A DNA stretch of 63,168 bases, counting the filler, from Octopus bimaculoides (taxonomy: Eukaryota), in assembly GCF_001194135.2 (NCBI RefSeq). It is 5 parts of 5 records of this genome, joined end to end, with 100 filler letters (N's around TTAATTAATTAA, not from the genome) between each part and the next. Parts side by side here need not be neighbours in the genome. Positions count along the whole stretch, not along the records: positions 1 to 19,522 come from NC_069001.1; positions 19,623 to 40,691 come from NC_068985.1; 3 more parts are not named here. One strand, 5' to 3'. Below the pieces are notes generated by a model. It was not told the DNA's origin and did not search any database. It saw nothing but the letters and a program-made list of their open reading frames with translations. Within the stretch, counting starts at the first letter, position 1, and each line of letters begins with the position of its first letter. Positions 14,825 through 27,098 of this stretch are shown in pieces. The translations under genes and the position numbers were made by a program.

Positions 14825-15050
14825 TTTATCTGTGCCTGTGCTTGTCCCCCCGCCCAACATCGCTTCACAACCGATGCTGGTGTGTTTACGTCCCCTTAAT
14901 CTAGCAATTCGGCAAAGGAGACCGATAGAATAAGTACTGGACTTACAAAGAATAAGTCTTGGGGTCAATTTGCTCGACCAAAGGCCGTGCTCCAGCATGA
15001 CCACCGTCAAATGACTGAAACAAGTAAAAGAGTAAAAGAATAAAAGAGTA
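14825..15050 (+). mobile_element. SINE family A, 3' half
   Basis: ...gctccagcatgaccaccgtcaaatgactgaaacaagtaaaagagtaaaagaat tail. Confidence 0.85.
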
Positions 15051-15804
15051 TCTAAAGTCAATTTTATTCTCAGCACTGAAATTTAGCACAATGGCGATTG
15101 TATGTTGGCTACTGTCTCTTTCCGTTATACGAGTGGCAATTTCACAAATTAGAGCAAGGTAATGCTCCCGTAATGTTTATTTAGTTTTAATTACCAATGA
15201 GTTCTATGTACTAAATTTCATTCATTACCATTAGAATTGTTTATTAGAACCTATTTTCTCGAAGCATATTTTTAAAACGTGTTTAAATGCTATATCATTC
15301 CCATTTGTTCATTCAGCATTCTTGTCTATGTCTGTGGAATGCATAATTTCTTGTTCCTTGCCCTATTTTGGTTGATTCACTACTTTGTTTATCGATTGTT
15401 CGTTGATCTGTCTTGTGATTGACATGTTAATTTTTGGGGGATTAATTTACACTGCATACGAAAATACAGACATATTATCACGGTACGATATTAAACACTC
15501 ACAGATCTTCGCATACATACCTGACGACTGACATGCGTGAAGTTTCAATACGAAATTTTATTTTCATTTCCTTTAAAACAATACACATTTACTTTTCCAT
15601 TACCGGTTAATAATTATCGCATCAGTTGCAATGTTGGCAGGTAAAATCTAAAATTCTTTGTCTCTCTGTACAAGTGCTTCTATTTCCTTAATTTATACTG
15701 CATACACAAGTACAGACATACTAAATACGGTACGTTATTAAACACACACACACACTCACACACGCATACACAGCTACACATACATATACATACCTGACGA
15801 CTTA

Positions 15805-15900
15805 ATTTTTTTATTAACCACGCTGGGTCGAAACACAGAGGGAACAACACGATGAGTGAAACACAAAAATGGAGGAAAAATAAAATCGAACGAAAAGAAT
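15805..15900 (-). mobile_element. Short tail fragment of the same L1/Tx1 family
   Basis: tttattaaccacgctgggtcgaaacacagaggg resembles tttattagccacaaggggctgaaaacagaggg at 53910. Confidence 0.4.
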
Positions 15901-16325
15901 GGTAATGATAAATCGAAAGGTGGAATGACGTCTACTCGAACCCCACACTCCACTTAACGTCATTGAACGTTTTCAGAAAAAAAAAAAATTGTCACGTGTT
16001 ATTTTATTTTACATTCTCCTTTTTGTGTGTTGCTTGTTTTATATACTTTGTGGACGACTGACGTGCGGGAAGTGTTACCGGATGATAATTACCGCAGAAG
16101 TTGCAAGGTAAGACAAAATTTTTTGTCTCTAATAATTATTGTGTCATTTACCGTTAAATTAGCAATTCCATACATGTGCTATTTCGTTCACGTGCTTATA
16201 TTTAATAGATTTACACAGCATACAAAAATACGGACATAATATATATTTACAATTGCTTACAAAAATAGAGATTAATGTATATTTTTTCTATGTTCATAAT
16301 TTTTTGTTTACAATATTGAAAAAAT

Positions 16326-17130
16326 ATGCCACCAAAGAAAAGACGTAATCCCTCCAGAAACACGTATAAAGCGAGGACGATTACAGAAAACAAAGGCGGG
16401 TGTCTCGACAGAGAAAGGAGACGAGACTTTCTCAAGCTCAGCAGATGCATGCCGCAGCACGTCAGTCTCAAGAGAGAAGGGAGATGAGATTTTCCCAGTA
16501 TCAGCTAAGGCATGCTGCAATACTTAATGCTGAATCATTCGAACAACCTTTAACACGCCAGATTAGACGGAGGTCCAATACAATAGCTCTCAGAAATAAA
16601 TCACATGCAAATTCGCTCTTCGCAACACCAGGAGCTGCTTTCAGATATGATCCATCCTATTCCTATAAAAATGATAATTCTGTACAAAATGGTGTGCTAC
16701 ACTCAAATTGTCGTTTCTGCAAAGCTTTCTAATTTCCAAATGAAACTAATGACATGTGCCGCTCGAGCGGTAAGGTAATATTGCAAGCACTACAATCTCC
16801 TTACCGTCTCCCATTGCAACCCATTTCTAGAATGTACTCATTTACCGAGAATATCTCCATTACACCTCTATTCATTTGACTGTTAACCATACGACGGGTC
16901 GTGTTAGATGTAGCGCTGACCGCCTCAAAGAAGAGTATTCCACTGAGCTTTTCGGCGGGGTGGAAAATTACATATCTTCACCCCCAACTTTCCATCATAG
17001 TTTAGCACTTGGAATCCTCCAATCCTCCGTTGTATTACATGTCGATTAATCGAATTAGACCATCATTTACTCCACAAATGTTTTGTCGTCAATGCTGCAC
17101 TTTTCCGATTCACCTGTTTCAACATAACTG

Positions 17131-17189
<59 letters not shown>

Positions 17190-17238
17190 AATAAACTATA
17201 CCATTTTAATCCCGAGCGATGCCGGGTGTCCCTGCTAG
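16326..17238 (+). mobile_element. Helitron derivative: RepHel N-terminal relic plus 3' terminus
   Basis: AAFRYDPSYSY...CRFCKAF*FPNETNDMCRSSGKVIL is the Helitron N-terminal Cys motif. The 3' end is a hairpin cccgagcgatgccggg followed by CTAG|t at 17235-17238. Confidence 0.85.
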
Positions 17239-17289
17239 TAGATATTAAACTTTAATCGAAAAAGATTTTTGTCAGGCTGGAACAATGCA

Positions 17290-17600
17290 GAAAATATGAT
17301 ATAAAGTAAGCTACAAAGTAAAACACGTAGGCTCTCGAGCGTACTTTGAAGTCATCACAGGTGTTATCGTGGGCTGTACACTATCAAATTGTCTCATGAA
17401 CAACTTCAGAATGTGCTTCAGTAAATGGTGGTGTATCCTACATTAAAAACAAACATCATCATAAAACCCCTAAAAAATGCCAGAACCAGGAATCTGAGGT
17501 AACCATCAGAGCTACTCAACGCATGGAGCCATACTCAGAATCCTGGAGAGAGTCTACAAGAAACTTAGAACATCCATAAACAAGAACAGCATGAATCAGT
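17290..17600 (+). mobile_element. Highly decayed LINE RT fragment
   Basis: FEVITGVIVGCTLSNCLM resembles the GVRQGCxLSP RT motif. Confidence 0.35.
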
Positions 17601-17795
17601 CTGGTTAGGGGAGCAACACCAATCTGCGCATGTCCTCCTCAGCTATTTCTTCTCCTTCCTCCTACCATCTCTTTCTCTTTGACATGCCCCGAAGAAAAGA
17701 TCATAGTTCTGAAATACAAAAATATTATGGAAAAACTATATTATTGTTAGTTTATTTTATATCTTCTCACAGTTTTCCAGTGTTGTAAAAGTCTG

Positions 17796-18027
17796 GGTAA
17801 TCTTCAAGTTTAGGGGGATAAAAAAAAATATTCAAGGGAAATAACTGAACGACTTACCAGTATTATCCGTTTTCTTCTAGCTGTTTATAAATTCCACCCT
17901 AACCCTAACGTCAATCAAATCACGTGTGATTTATTTATAAACAGATGTACGGAGAATACTGGTAAGACGTTCAGTTATTTCCCTTGAATATTTTTATTTT
18001 TTTATCCCCCTAAACTTGAAGATTACC
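17796..18027. mobile_element. Merlin-type MITE (232 bp)
   Basis: ~80-bp TIRs GGTAATCTTCAAGTTTAGGGGGAT... / ...ATCCCCCTAAACTTGAAGATTACC. 8-bp TSD aaagtctg / aaagtctc (7/8). The GGTAA terminus fits the Merlin GGNRM pattern. Confidence 0.75.
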
Positions 18028-19426
18028 AAAGTCTCTTTTAAGTAACGCCACACAATCCTTCACAAAAACTCCTCCATATTTGTGTGTGTGTGTGTGTGTG
18101 TATGTGTATCTGTGTATATGTACATTTATTTGTGTGTATCTGTGTGGGTAGGTGCTTCTCTCTGTGTGTGCTTATGTGTGTATGTGTATATTGTACGTGT
18201 GTATAATTGTTCAAACAAATAGGCAGAGTAAAAGTAATTAAACATTAATGACTCTGTATATTAAATCAGTGTATCACGTAATCGCGCACAAACATACCTG
18301 CTAAGACATTGTCAGACACAAATACACTTTCTCCAAATCCTTGTCTCCCCCTCTCGCACACACTCAATCCATGCATATGGAACAAGGACGTGTATGAAAC
18401 TCAGAGTGACAAGAATTTCAATCATGAGATAATACTTGTTGTACAACATATGCTGATATATATTTGTTTATGTACACATGATACACATCCATATACCTAC
18501 ACCCTCATATACACTCATATATTGATGTATACACACACATATACATATGTATACATAGATATAGAAGTATGCACACAAAGATCCACGTATGTGTATATCT
18601 ATGTGTACATTTGATGTATGTGCATCTCTATCTGCAAATTTGCATCTATATACGTATGTACTTGTGTATGCGTGCGAGTTTACTTGTGTGTGCATGTGTG
18701 TATTCGTGTGTGTGTGTTTGTGTCCATGTATTTATACTTGTATGCCTATGTGCAATGAATTTAAGCTTACACAATATGAACAACTCACAAGAAAAAACGT
18801 TACTTTTCTCCTGAAAAACACATTTCACTACGTTTTACTATTCTTTTCTTCGATTTTATGATAACTTGCTGTCATTTCTATTGAGTTGTTATTTCAGTAT
18901 TTTTTCTTTAAATATTCATCATTCAATACGCAGTTTTTAACAGTTTCTGTCTTTAATCTTTAAGACTTTTTCATTTTATTTATGAGGGATGTTTTTATAC
19001 CTTCTCCTTCAAACTTCTCATATTTCTATGAAACTAGTATTTCTGACTTATTTCCTTGTACGGTATATGTATTTTTTGGCTAGTGTAACTGTAATTTATG
19101 TACAGCAATTGTAATTTATATCCCTAGTATGTTTGTGTCTTTTATTATTGCTTTTCTCCTTCCATACGTAAAAATATACACACACATGTATCCCTCACAC
19201 ACACACAAACCCACACACACATACACTTATATATATATACAGCTATGTGTGTTTTTATACATGCATACATATATGCACGCCCAACGAATGTGTCTCGTTA
19301 CACGTTTGTAACGAATACTTTTGCTAGTATTATTCATACACACGTATACATATTTATACACATGGACATATAGATACACGTATATATAAAGAACCCTGCA
19401 CACATGCAAATATACATATATATATA

Positions 19427-19491
<65 letters not shown>

Positions 19492-19911
19492 ATGTACATA
19501 TATATCATATATATATATATATNNNNNNNNNNNNNNNNNNNNNNNNNNNNNNNNNNNNNNNNNNNNTTAATTAATTAANNNNNNNNNNNNNNNNNNNNNN
19601 NNNNNNNNNNNNNNNNNNNNNNCTAAAACCAAAATCCTAATAAGTAGGAAGGTAGATAAAACACAAACCCCTTCAGGTAGATAGCCCTGCTCAGTATGTA
19701 GAAAAGGAGTAGGTAGTAACTCTATAAGATGTACCCGGTGCAAGCTATGGACACATAAGAGGTGCAGCAACATCAAAGGCAGGTTAACTAGCAAGTTAGT
19801 TTTTGTTTGTGGCAGATGTTCAGGTGCAATAAAGACTGCAAACAAACAGGAAACAACTTCTATCTCATTCCAGGGTGAAAAACTAGAGGTAGTCGATAGC
19901 TTCCGCTATCA

Positions 19912-20048
19912 AACCCAGTACGCAACTAGTACTTAATAAGTCGACTCCAAAAGGATGAAAGGCGAAATTTGAACTCGGAACGTAAGAACGGGCGAAATAT
20001 CGCTAAGCATTTCGTCCGGCAAGTTAATGTTTCTGCCAGCTCACCACC
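19912..20048 (-). mobile_element. SINE family B, 3'-truncated, inside the RTE insertion
   Basis: Reverse complement aaggtggtgagctggcagaaac...gtactggg. Confidence 0.8.
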
Positions 20049-20410
20049 TTTCAAGCACAGCACATTGCCAAAGGACAAGAAACAGTCACCAAAGAATCGA
20101 GTAACCACACGCATGGGTAGAACAATTAAAATGCCTTCCCGTGTCCAGTGACAAGGAACTATGTAGGGTAGGATTCGTGACAGACGAACTGTAGACAGAA
20201 ACTTCGCAGTGGACGAGCTAGGAAGTTAGCCAGCAGCAAAACAAAAGGGACTTCCGGTAGGAGAAGGAAAACAAGTGAGTGTGAAACGAATCTGAGTGAA
20301 CTAAACAGAAATAACACTGACGACTTCAGCCCTGATGTACGTAAAGTAATAAACCTTTGATAAATGTATTCTCGTCTCCACTAGTTTGCGTATAGCTTAA
20401 CTAAGCTATA
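20049..20410 (+). mobile_element. 3' end of a Gypsy-like LTR retrotransposon (pol C-terminus plus ~250-bp LTR)
   Basis: TRMGRTIKMPSR* (TRxGRxxKxPxR-like), then TGTAG at 20162, AATAAA at 20348 and a terminal CTATA at 20410 (CTACA expected). Confidence 0.55.
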
Positions 20411-21414
20411 AGGTAGTAAATAGCTTCCGTTATCTAGGTGACCAATTTAGTAGCGAAGGTGGATGCTCCAAGAGCCTAGCCGTGAGAATAAGAATTGGCT
20501 GGGCAAAGTTCAGAGAGCTCCTACCTCTGCTGGCAACAAAGGCTTCTCCCTCGGAGTGAAAGGTAGATTGTATGATACCTGTGCACGAACGACTTTGATA
20601 CACGGCAGTGAAACAGGGGCTGTGACAGCCGAGGACATGCGTAGGCTTGAAAGAAATGAAGCCAGTATGCTTCACTGGATGTGCAATGTCAGTTTGAATG
20701 TACGACAGAGTGTAAGCATTTTGAGAGAAAAGTTGAGCATAAGAGGCATCAGATGTGGTGTGCAAGAGAGATGACCGTGCTTGTATGGTCATGTGATGCG
20801 TATGGACGAGGACAGCTGTGTAAAGAAGTGCCGATTTCTAACAGGGGAGGAAACCTATGGAAGGGGTTGACCCAGGAACACATAGGACGAGTTGGTGAAG
20901 CATGATCTTTGAACGTTGGGCCTTACAGAGGCAATTGCTCGTGACTGAGACCTTTGGCGATAAGCTATGCTTAAGAGACTTGTCAAGCCAGTGAAATCAT
21001 AGTCGTGGCCGATGCTGGTGTCACGTAATTTGCACGTAAAAAGCTCCTTTCAAGCGCTGGGCCTCACGGAGGCAAAGTGGCTGATGCCAGTGACACGTGA
21101 AAAGTTCCTTTCGAGTTTTGGGCTTCAGGGAGGCAATGACGAATGATCGAGACCTTGGCATTATGTCGTGCTAAGAAGACCCACAAAGCTAAGTAAAATA
21201 GTAGTTGTGACAGATACTGGTGTCACGCAAATGGCACTCCTGCTGATGGCATGTAGAAGCACCCATTATACTCTCAGGGTGGTTAGCATTAGGAAGAGCA
21301 TCCGGTCGTAGAAAACCATGCCAAATTAGACTACAGTCTGGTGTAGCCTTCCAGCTTGCCAGTCATAGCCAGACCGTCCAACCCATGCCAGCAGGAACAA
21401 CAGACGTTAAATGA

Positions 21415-21452
<38 letters not shown>

Positions 21453-21630
21453 TTTATATGTTTCAGCCTTGAGGTTGCGGCCATGCAGATATATATATGT
21501 GTGTGTGTGTGTATTAATTTCTGTTGGTGTGTATATATTCGTTTATCCAAAGTCCAAAAATAAAAATGGAAAAAGAGGAACAAGGAAAGTAAAACAAAAA
21601 ATGTAAAAACAAACAAAAAAAAAAATGTGG

Positions 21631-21895
21631 CGCAGGAGCGGCTGTGTGGAAAGAAGCTCGCTTCCCAAACACATGGTTCCGGGTTCAGTCCCACTGCATG
21701 GTGCCTTGGGCAAGAGTCTTCTACTATAGCCTCGGGCCGACCAAAGCCTTGTGATTGGATTTGGTTGTCGGAAACTGAAAGAAGCCCGTCGTATATATAT
21801 AGATGTATGTTTGTTTGTGTGTCTGTGTTTGTCCCCCGCCATCGCTTGACAACCGATGCTGGTGTGTTTACGTCCCCATAACTTAGCGATTCGGT
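21631..21895 (+). mobile_element. tRNA-derived SINE family A, ~600 bp upstream of CHCHD1
   Basis: ggagcggctgtgtgg...ggttcagtccc head and ccaaagccttgtg..ggaaactgaaagaagcccgtcg body. Confidence 0.88.
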
Positions 21896-22501
21896 AATAG
21901 CATAAAAATTTACCAAAAAAACATCAGTTCAACACAAGTTCGTTTCAGTTATTTTTAAAGCATAGTTTTAAATAAATGGCAGGATTTCAGATGACATTCT
22001 TTTGAAATTCTTTGTTAAAACAATGTCTTCGAATCTGTTGCCTGACTTTGAAGAATTTCCGCGGATGACGCGAATACAGAGTTATTTCCCTTAGATTGAA
22101 AACTTTTCGAGTAGCTTCTCTTTAATTACCATAAAGTGTTTAGTGTCGTACTTTTGTGAAATCAATTGAACACATTTGATTTTCAAGAAACTTATTAAAG
22201 TGCTATAATAAATATATATAAAGCATGGTATCGACAAAATTAGAAAACTTTCAATAATTTAACTGAACTCTATAATTTGCAAACACAAATGTATCTGTGT
22301 TTATATTGTGTAACTACGGTAATCGGAAATAGGTTTGAAGGTTGAAGCTTTTAAGCATGCTGTCTCTTGGAACTGAACCATCGTCTTCTTCATAATCTTG
22401 TCTGTGGTTTAGTCTGGGTTATATCCTACTTTAGGGGGAACTTCTGAGTGGTGTCTCGACCTGGTAGAAATAGCAATCACAACAACAGAATCGATCTTCA
22501 A

Positions 22502-22649
22502 ATGACGAGGCTTACAGAAGTATTAAATCGTGGCCGACGACCCGGTTACCATGGGAAATTCACCAATTACAAAGAAGTGTTTCCCTATAAAATGCCTTTG
22601 CCTCCGATCCTTAAAGACAGTGTATCGAATAAGAAAGACAAATCCAAAG
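22502..22649 (+). CDS. CHCHD1: CHCHD1/mS37 coding exon 1 (MTRLTEVLNRGRRPGYHGKFTNYKEVFPYKMPLPPILKDSVSNKKDKSK)
   Basis: ATG at 22502 and 148 nt open, ending AAAG|gtaag (phase 1). The basic N-terminus with the PxxLKxSVS motif matches the CHCHD1 family pattern and joins exon 2 in frame. Confidence 0.85.
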
Positions 22650-22744
22650 GTAAGATCTTTATTTAGACTCTCGTATCATAATTATGTCGAGAATCGCTTC
22701 TCTGAGTTCCTTCTTCCAGGAATAAAGCTGATCGAAGTATTGAT

Positions 22745-23115
22745 GTCTCATATGCTTGTGTCAGTCATTGGACTGCGGTCACACTGGGGCATAGTCTGAA
22801 AGGGTTGTTTTTAGTTGAACAAATCGACCCCAAGACTTTACTGTTAGTACATCTTTTGCCGAACCAGTTGTCATGTGTTGGTGGGGGATAAACTCAGACA
22901 CAAAGGGGTTGGGTTACGTCTCCGCCATGTACGCCGATAGATGCATATACACATACGACGGGCTTCTTTCAGTTTCCGTTTACCAAAGGTTAATATATAG
23001 CCGGGTGTGGATCTATATATTAACCCCAAATTTACTCACAAGGCTTTGATCGACCCGTGACTATTGTAGAAGTCATTTGCCCAATACGCCACGCATTGGG
23101 ATTGTACCCGGAACA
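22745..23115 (-). mobile_element. SINE family A fragments in CHCHD1 intron 1
   Basis: Reverse tail (cagtcattggactgcgg) and reverse head (gggcttctttcagtttccg...). Confidence 0.7.
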
Positions 23116-23694
23116 ATGTTTACTCTCTAAAGATGAGGTCAATAGTTTGGAATATTATTATCATGTATGTAACTCGCCTCAATCATTAAATCATATTGGC
23201 TAATTAAACAGCCGCTAATTATTTAAACACACGTGAGCATGCCTACAAAGTCAGAAAAAGCACAGCTCCCATGACTTTTGGAAACATTTTTTCACACTCA
23301 GAGTTACTGAAGCACGGAACAAACTACCTGCATCAGTTGTTAGCTGCCAAGACATTGCATCCTTTAAAACCTCCATGCTTCCTGAAATTCGCCAACACTA
23401 CACCTGATATCCCCCACCTCCATACGCATGCATACCTGTATATCATGACTCATACGCCGTTTACTTTCCTGACTTTTGTACATAATTCTATGTACTATAC
23501 ATACACCTGAGCACGATATACAATAATTTCATTATTATTATTATTATTATTAAGACCTGTTTGGAAAGGCAGCCTTTGACTTTTTCTGTCCAAAATGATT
23601 TTTACTACCCAATATTTACTTACTATTAATTATAGTTTTATGTGATGAGCTTGAAGAGCATATGTTCCAATAAATAAATATATGTATGTATATA

Positions 23695-24619
23695 CAAGGT
23701 GGTATCGTAAAATTTCAGGTCTAGTCATGTTTAATAAAAAATAACTTATTTATCTAAGTTTTAACATCCTCTCCCTCGTTTTGTTCACCTTGCACAGCAA
23801 TGCTCCAGTCGCAGCATTGTTGGAATCCGGCCTTGAAGTTGAGCACTTTCTGTGATTTGCTCTGGATCCTGACAACGGTGTTAAAATGGCCACCTTTGAG
23901 CTACATTTTCGTCTTGGCGAACAGGTGAAAGTCCGCAGGCAAATTGGGCAGGTGCAGAAGGGATACCATGTTGTTTTTGACAAGAAACTCACAGGCAAAG
24001 AGAGCTCTGGGACAGGGTGCATTGTTGTCTTCATGGAATCCGATTCTTTGCACCCCACAGATTCAGTCACTTTCACCAAACGTCCTCCTTCAAACAATTC
24101 AAAACATCACAACAGAACTCTTCTCGATTGACAGTCTGGCCCTGGGGGTTGAATAGAACTCTTGATTGACAGTCTGGCCCTGGGGGTTGAATTCTCGATG
24201 CACAATACCACAGATGTCGAAAAAAAAAAACTGATGAGCTTGCTCTTGATTGAGTTACAGCTCTGTCATGTCTTCTTCAGTGATGGAGATGAAAGCCTCT
24301 TCCATTGTGATGATTGCTGCTTCATCACCTTAAGCTTGCCGAAGCATGCTCAATGTCTCTGTAGCAGACCTCTCATGTTTAATGCAAAATTTCATGTTGG
24401 CTCTTTGATCCAACTTCCTGTCCATGACAGAATCGCAGACTACAGCATACAAGCGATCACAAAAACACCGATTTCACAACTTGCAAAGTAAACACATCGA
24501 TGTCATTCAGCAGACTGAATCATGAGGGTCACTGCTGGCACTCTCTGCACATGCAACCATGTGCTGCCATCTGTTGGCATGCTACAGAACTATTCCAGGT
24601 ACTTTTTGATACCACCTCA
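23695..24619 (-). mobile_element. mariner-family element, internally deleted, same family as 7990-8852, in CHCHD1 intron 1
   Basis: ta|caaggtggtatcgtaaaat ... actttttgataccacctca|ta. Minus strand MDRKLDQRANMKFC from 24425. Internal tandem duplication at ~24114-24192. Confidence 0.9.
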
Positions 24620-24939
24620 TATGTGTATGTGTGTGTCTGTGTATTTGTTTGTCTCCACCATACTGCTTGAAAGCAGGTGTTGGTTTGCTTACATCCCTGT
24701 AGCTTAGTGTTTTGGCCAAAAGAGATCAATAGAATAAATAGCAGACAAAAAAAAAACAAAGTAAGTGTTGGGGTTGATTTGTTCAACTAAACACTTCAAG
24801 ATGGCACCCCAGCATGGCTGTAGTCATCATCATCATTTAACATCCGTTTTCCATGTTGGCATGCATTGATTCTCTTGACATATTTCTTAACTTTTGTTTT
24901 TTTACTTTTTTTTATTAATGACCACATCATAGCTCTCTT

Positions 24940-25800
24940 ATCATCATCATCATCATCATCATCGTTTAACGTCAGCTTTCCATGCTAGCATGGGTTGGAC
25001 GATTTGACTGAGGACTGGTGAAACCGGATGGCAACACCAGGCTCCAGTCTAATTTGGCAGAGTTTCTACAGCTGGATGCCCTTCCTAACGCCAACCACTC
25101 AGAGAGTGTAGTGGGTGCTTTTACGTGTCACCCGCACGAAAACGGCCACGCTCGAAATGNNNNNNNNNNNNNNNNNNNNNNNNNNNNNNNNNNNNNNNNN
25201 NNNNNNNNNNNNNNNNNNNNNNNNNNNNNNNNNNNNNNNNNNNNNNNNNNNNNNNNNNNNNNNNNNNNNNNNNNNNNNNNNNNNNNNNNNNNNNNNNNNN
25301 NNNNNNNNNNNNNNNNNNNNNNNNNNNNNNNNNNNNNNNNNNNNNNNNNNNNNNNNNNNNNNNNNNNNNNNNNNNNNNNNNNNNNNNNNNNNNNNNNNNN
25401 NNNNNNNNNNNNNNNNNNNNNNNNNNNNNNNNNNNNNNNNNNNNNNNNNNNNNNNNNNNNNNNNNNNNNNNNNNNNNNNNNNNNNNNNNNNNNNNNCATC
25501 TCATGTGCCACCCACACAAGAACCAGTCCAGGGGCACTGGCAACGATCTTACTTGGCTTGCCGGGTCTTCTCACGCACAGCCCATTTCCAAAGGTCTCGG
25601 TCAGTAGTCATCGCCTCGGTGAGGCCCAATGTACGAAGGTCTTGCCTCACCACCTCAGCCCAGGTCTTCCTGGGCCTACCTCTTCCACGGGTTCCCTCAA
25701 CTGTTAGGGTGTGGCACTTTTTCACGCAGCTATCCTCATCCATTCTCACCACATGTCCATACCAGCGCAATTGTCTCTCTTGCAACACCACAACTGATGC
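24940..25800 (-). mobile_element. RTE LINE 3' fragment spanning a gap
   Basis: Minus strand LQERQLRWYGHVVRMDEDSCVKKC...GRGRPRKTW...DRDLW, with a (CAT)n tail at 24940. Confidence 0.85.
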
Positions 25801-26212
25801 TTCTAATGTTCAGCTTTTCTCTCAAGATACTTACACTCTGACGGGTATTCACATTGACATGTGGTGGAAATGATATCTTACCAAGGTCAGCTTCACCTGT
25901 CATCTTTTCTGAATCAATAAATTGTCACTCCAATTCTGGAGTTTTCATTGAATTCACTGTACTCTCCTACAAAGTATTAGTCCCAGGAAAGGCAGACTAT
26001 TACTAGGTGACTGATATTAGCAGAATCCAAAAATGTTGGATCCTTCACTGTTCACAACAACTGAACTTCCTGACCTCTACTCTTAACTCCCTTATTGGTT
26101 TATGTGGACCTGGACATAATATTATAAACTGAAAGTAGAAGCCTGCCAGAATTTTAATTTCCTTAATAATCCTCTTATTGGAATGTCACTTATGTATGTA
26201 AATGCATTTTCA

Positions 26213-26470
26213 TCATCATCATCATCATCGTTTTCCATGCTAGCATGGGTTGGACGATTTGACTGAGGACTGGTGGACCAGGAGGCGATACCAGGCTCCA
26301 ATCTTATGTGGCAGAGTTTCTACAGCTGGATGCCCTTCCTAACGCCAACTACTCTGAGAGTGTAGTGGGTGTTTTACATGCTACCGGCACGAGGGCCAGT
26401 CAGGCGGAACTGGCAACGGCCAACGCTCGAAATGGTGTGTTTTACATGCCACCTGCACAGGAGCCAGCCC
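26213..26470 (-). mobile_element. RTE 3'-UTR/tail fragment
   Basis: (cat)n-cgttttccatgctagcatgggttggacg..., same as the 24960-25160 tail. Confidence 0.8.
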
Positions 26471-27098
26471 ATCAGCACTGGTAAAGAAACTATTTACAAC
26501 ATAATATTGCAAGGAGATTCTTTTTCTTTTTTTAAAGTTCATCACATGTCACCTTAAAACCCTTTTGCAAATCACCTCTGACTCACGTATGTTATAGGTC
26601 TGCCATCACTGCCTTGAAATAAGATGGGATAGTCATGAGTGGAATGCCTTTGGTTAAAAGTTTTCTCTATCAGGATTTACTTTTCAGCTTATTGACACCA
26701 ACTTCTATCTATAAATGGCTGCTTATTCATAATGATTCACAGTAAGGAAAGAAATCAGAGTTGCATGTTTTTTGTCTTTCTCAGGAAATCAGAGAGAATT
26801 GTGCCATTCATTGCAGTGGCACTTATTATAATCACCTTGTAGATATTATAAACTGTTTGGTGATGGTTGTTGTTATTGTTGCTCCAGGTTTGTTGTGACC
26901 CAGGAGATATTCATGTTATGACATTTCCATAATTTGAAACAATTTTCTGATTATTGCTTTCTACAAGTTGTGAATAATTGAGGATTTGGCTGCTATTTTT
27001 AAGAGGTCAAGCAACTGCACAGAGGCTTCCCCCGTTGCTTCATAAACTGTCGGGTTGGTCAAAACGATGGGATGCTAAATGCACAACAATACTTAAGG

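Larger units (their letters stand above)
19623..21418 (+). mobile_element. RTE-clade LINE, 3' portion, interrupted by a 500-bp insertion
   Basis: KTKIL...PCSVCRKGVGSNSIRCTRCKLWTHKRCS...EVVDSFRY|LGDQFSSEGG...GWAKFRELLPLL...HGSET...LERNEASMLHWMC...YGHVMRM, ending in a (TGA)n tail. Confidence 0.92.

Noticed and set aside
17897-17909. ccctaaccctaac as interstitial telomere
   Set aside because: Only two units, and it lies inside the Merlin-type MITE.
25005-25030. CTGAGGA-CTGGT-GAAAC in the RTE tail
   Set aside because: No room for stem II. It is part of the RTE 3' UTR and differs between copies.
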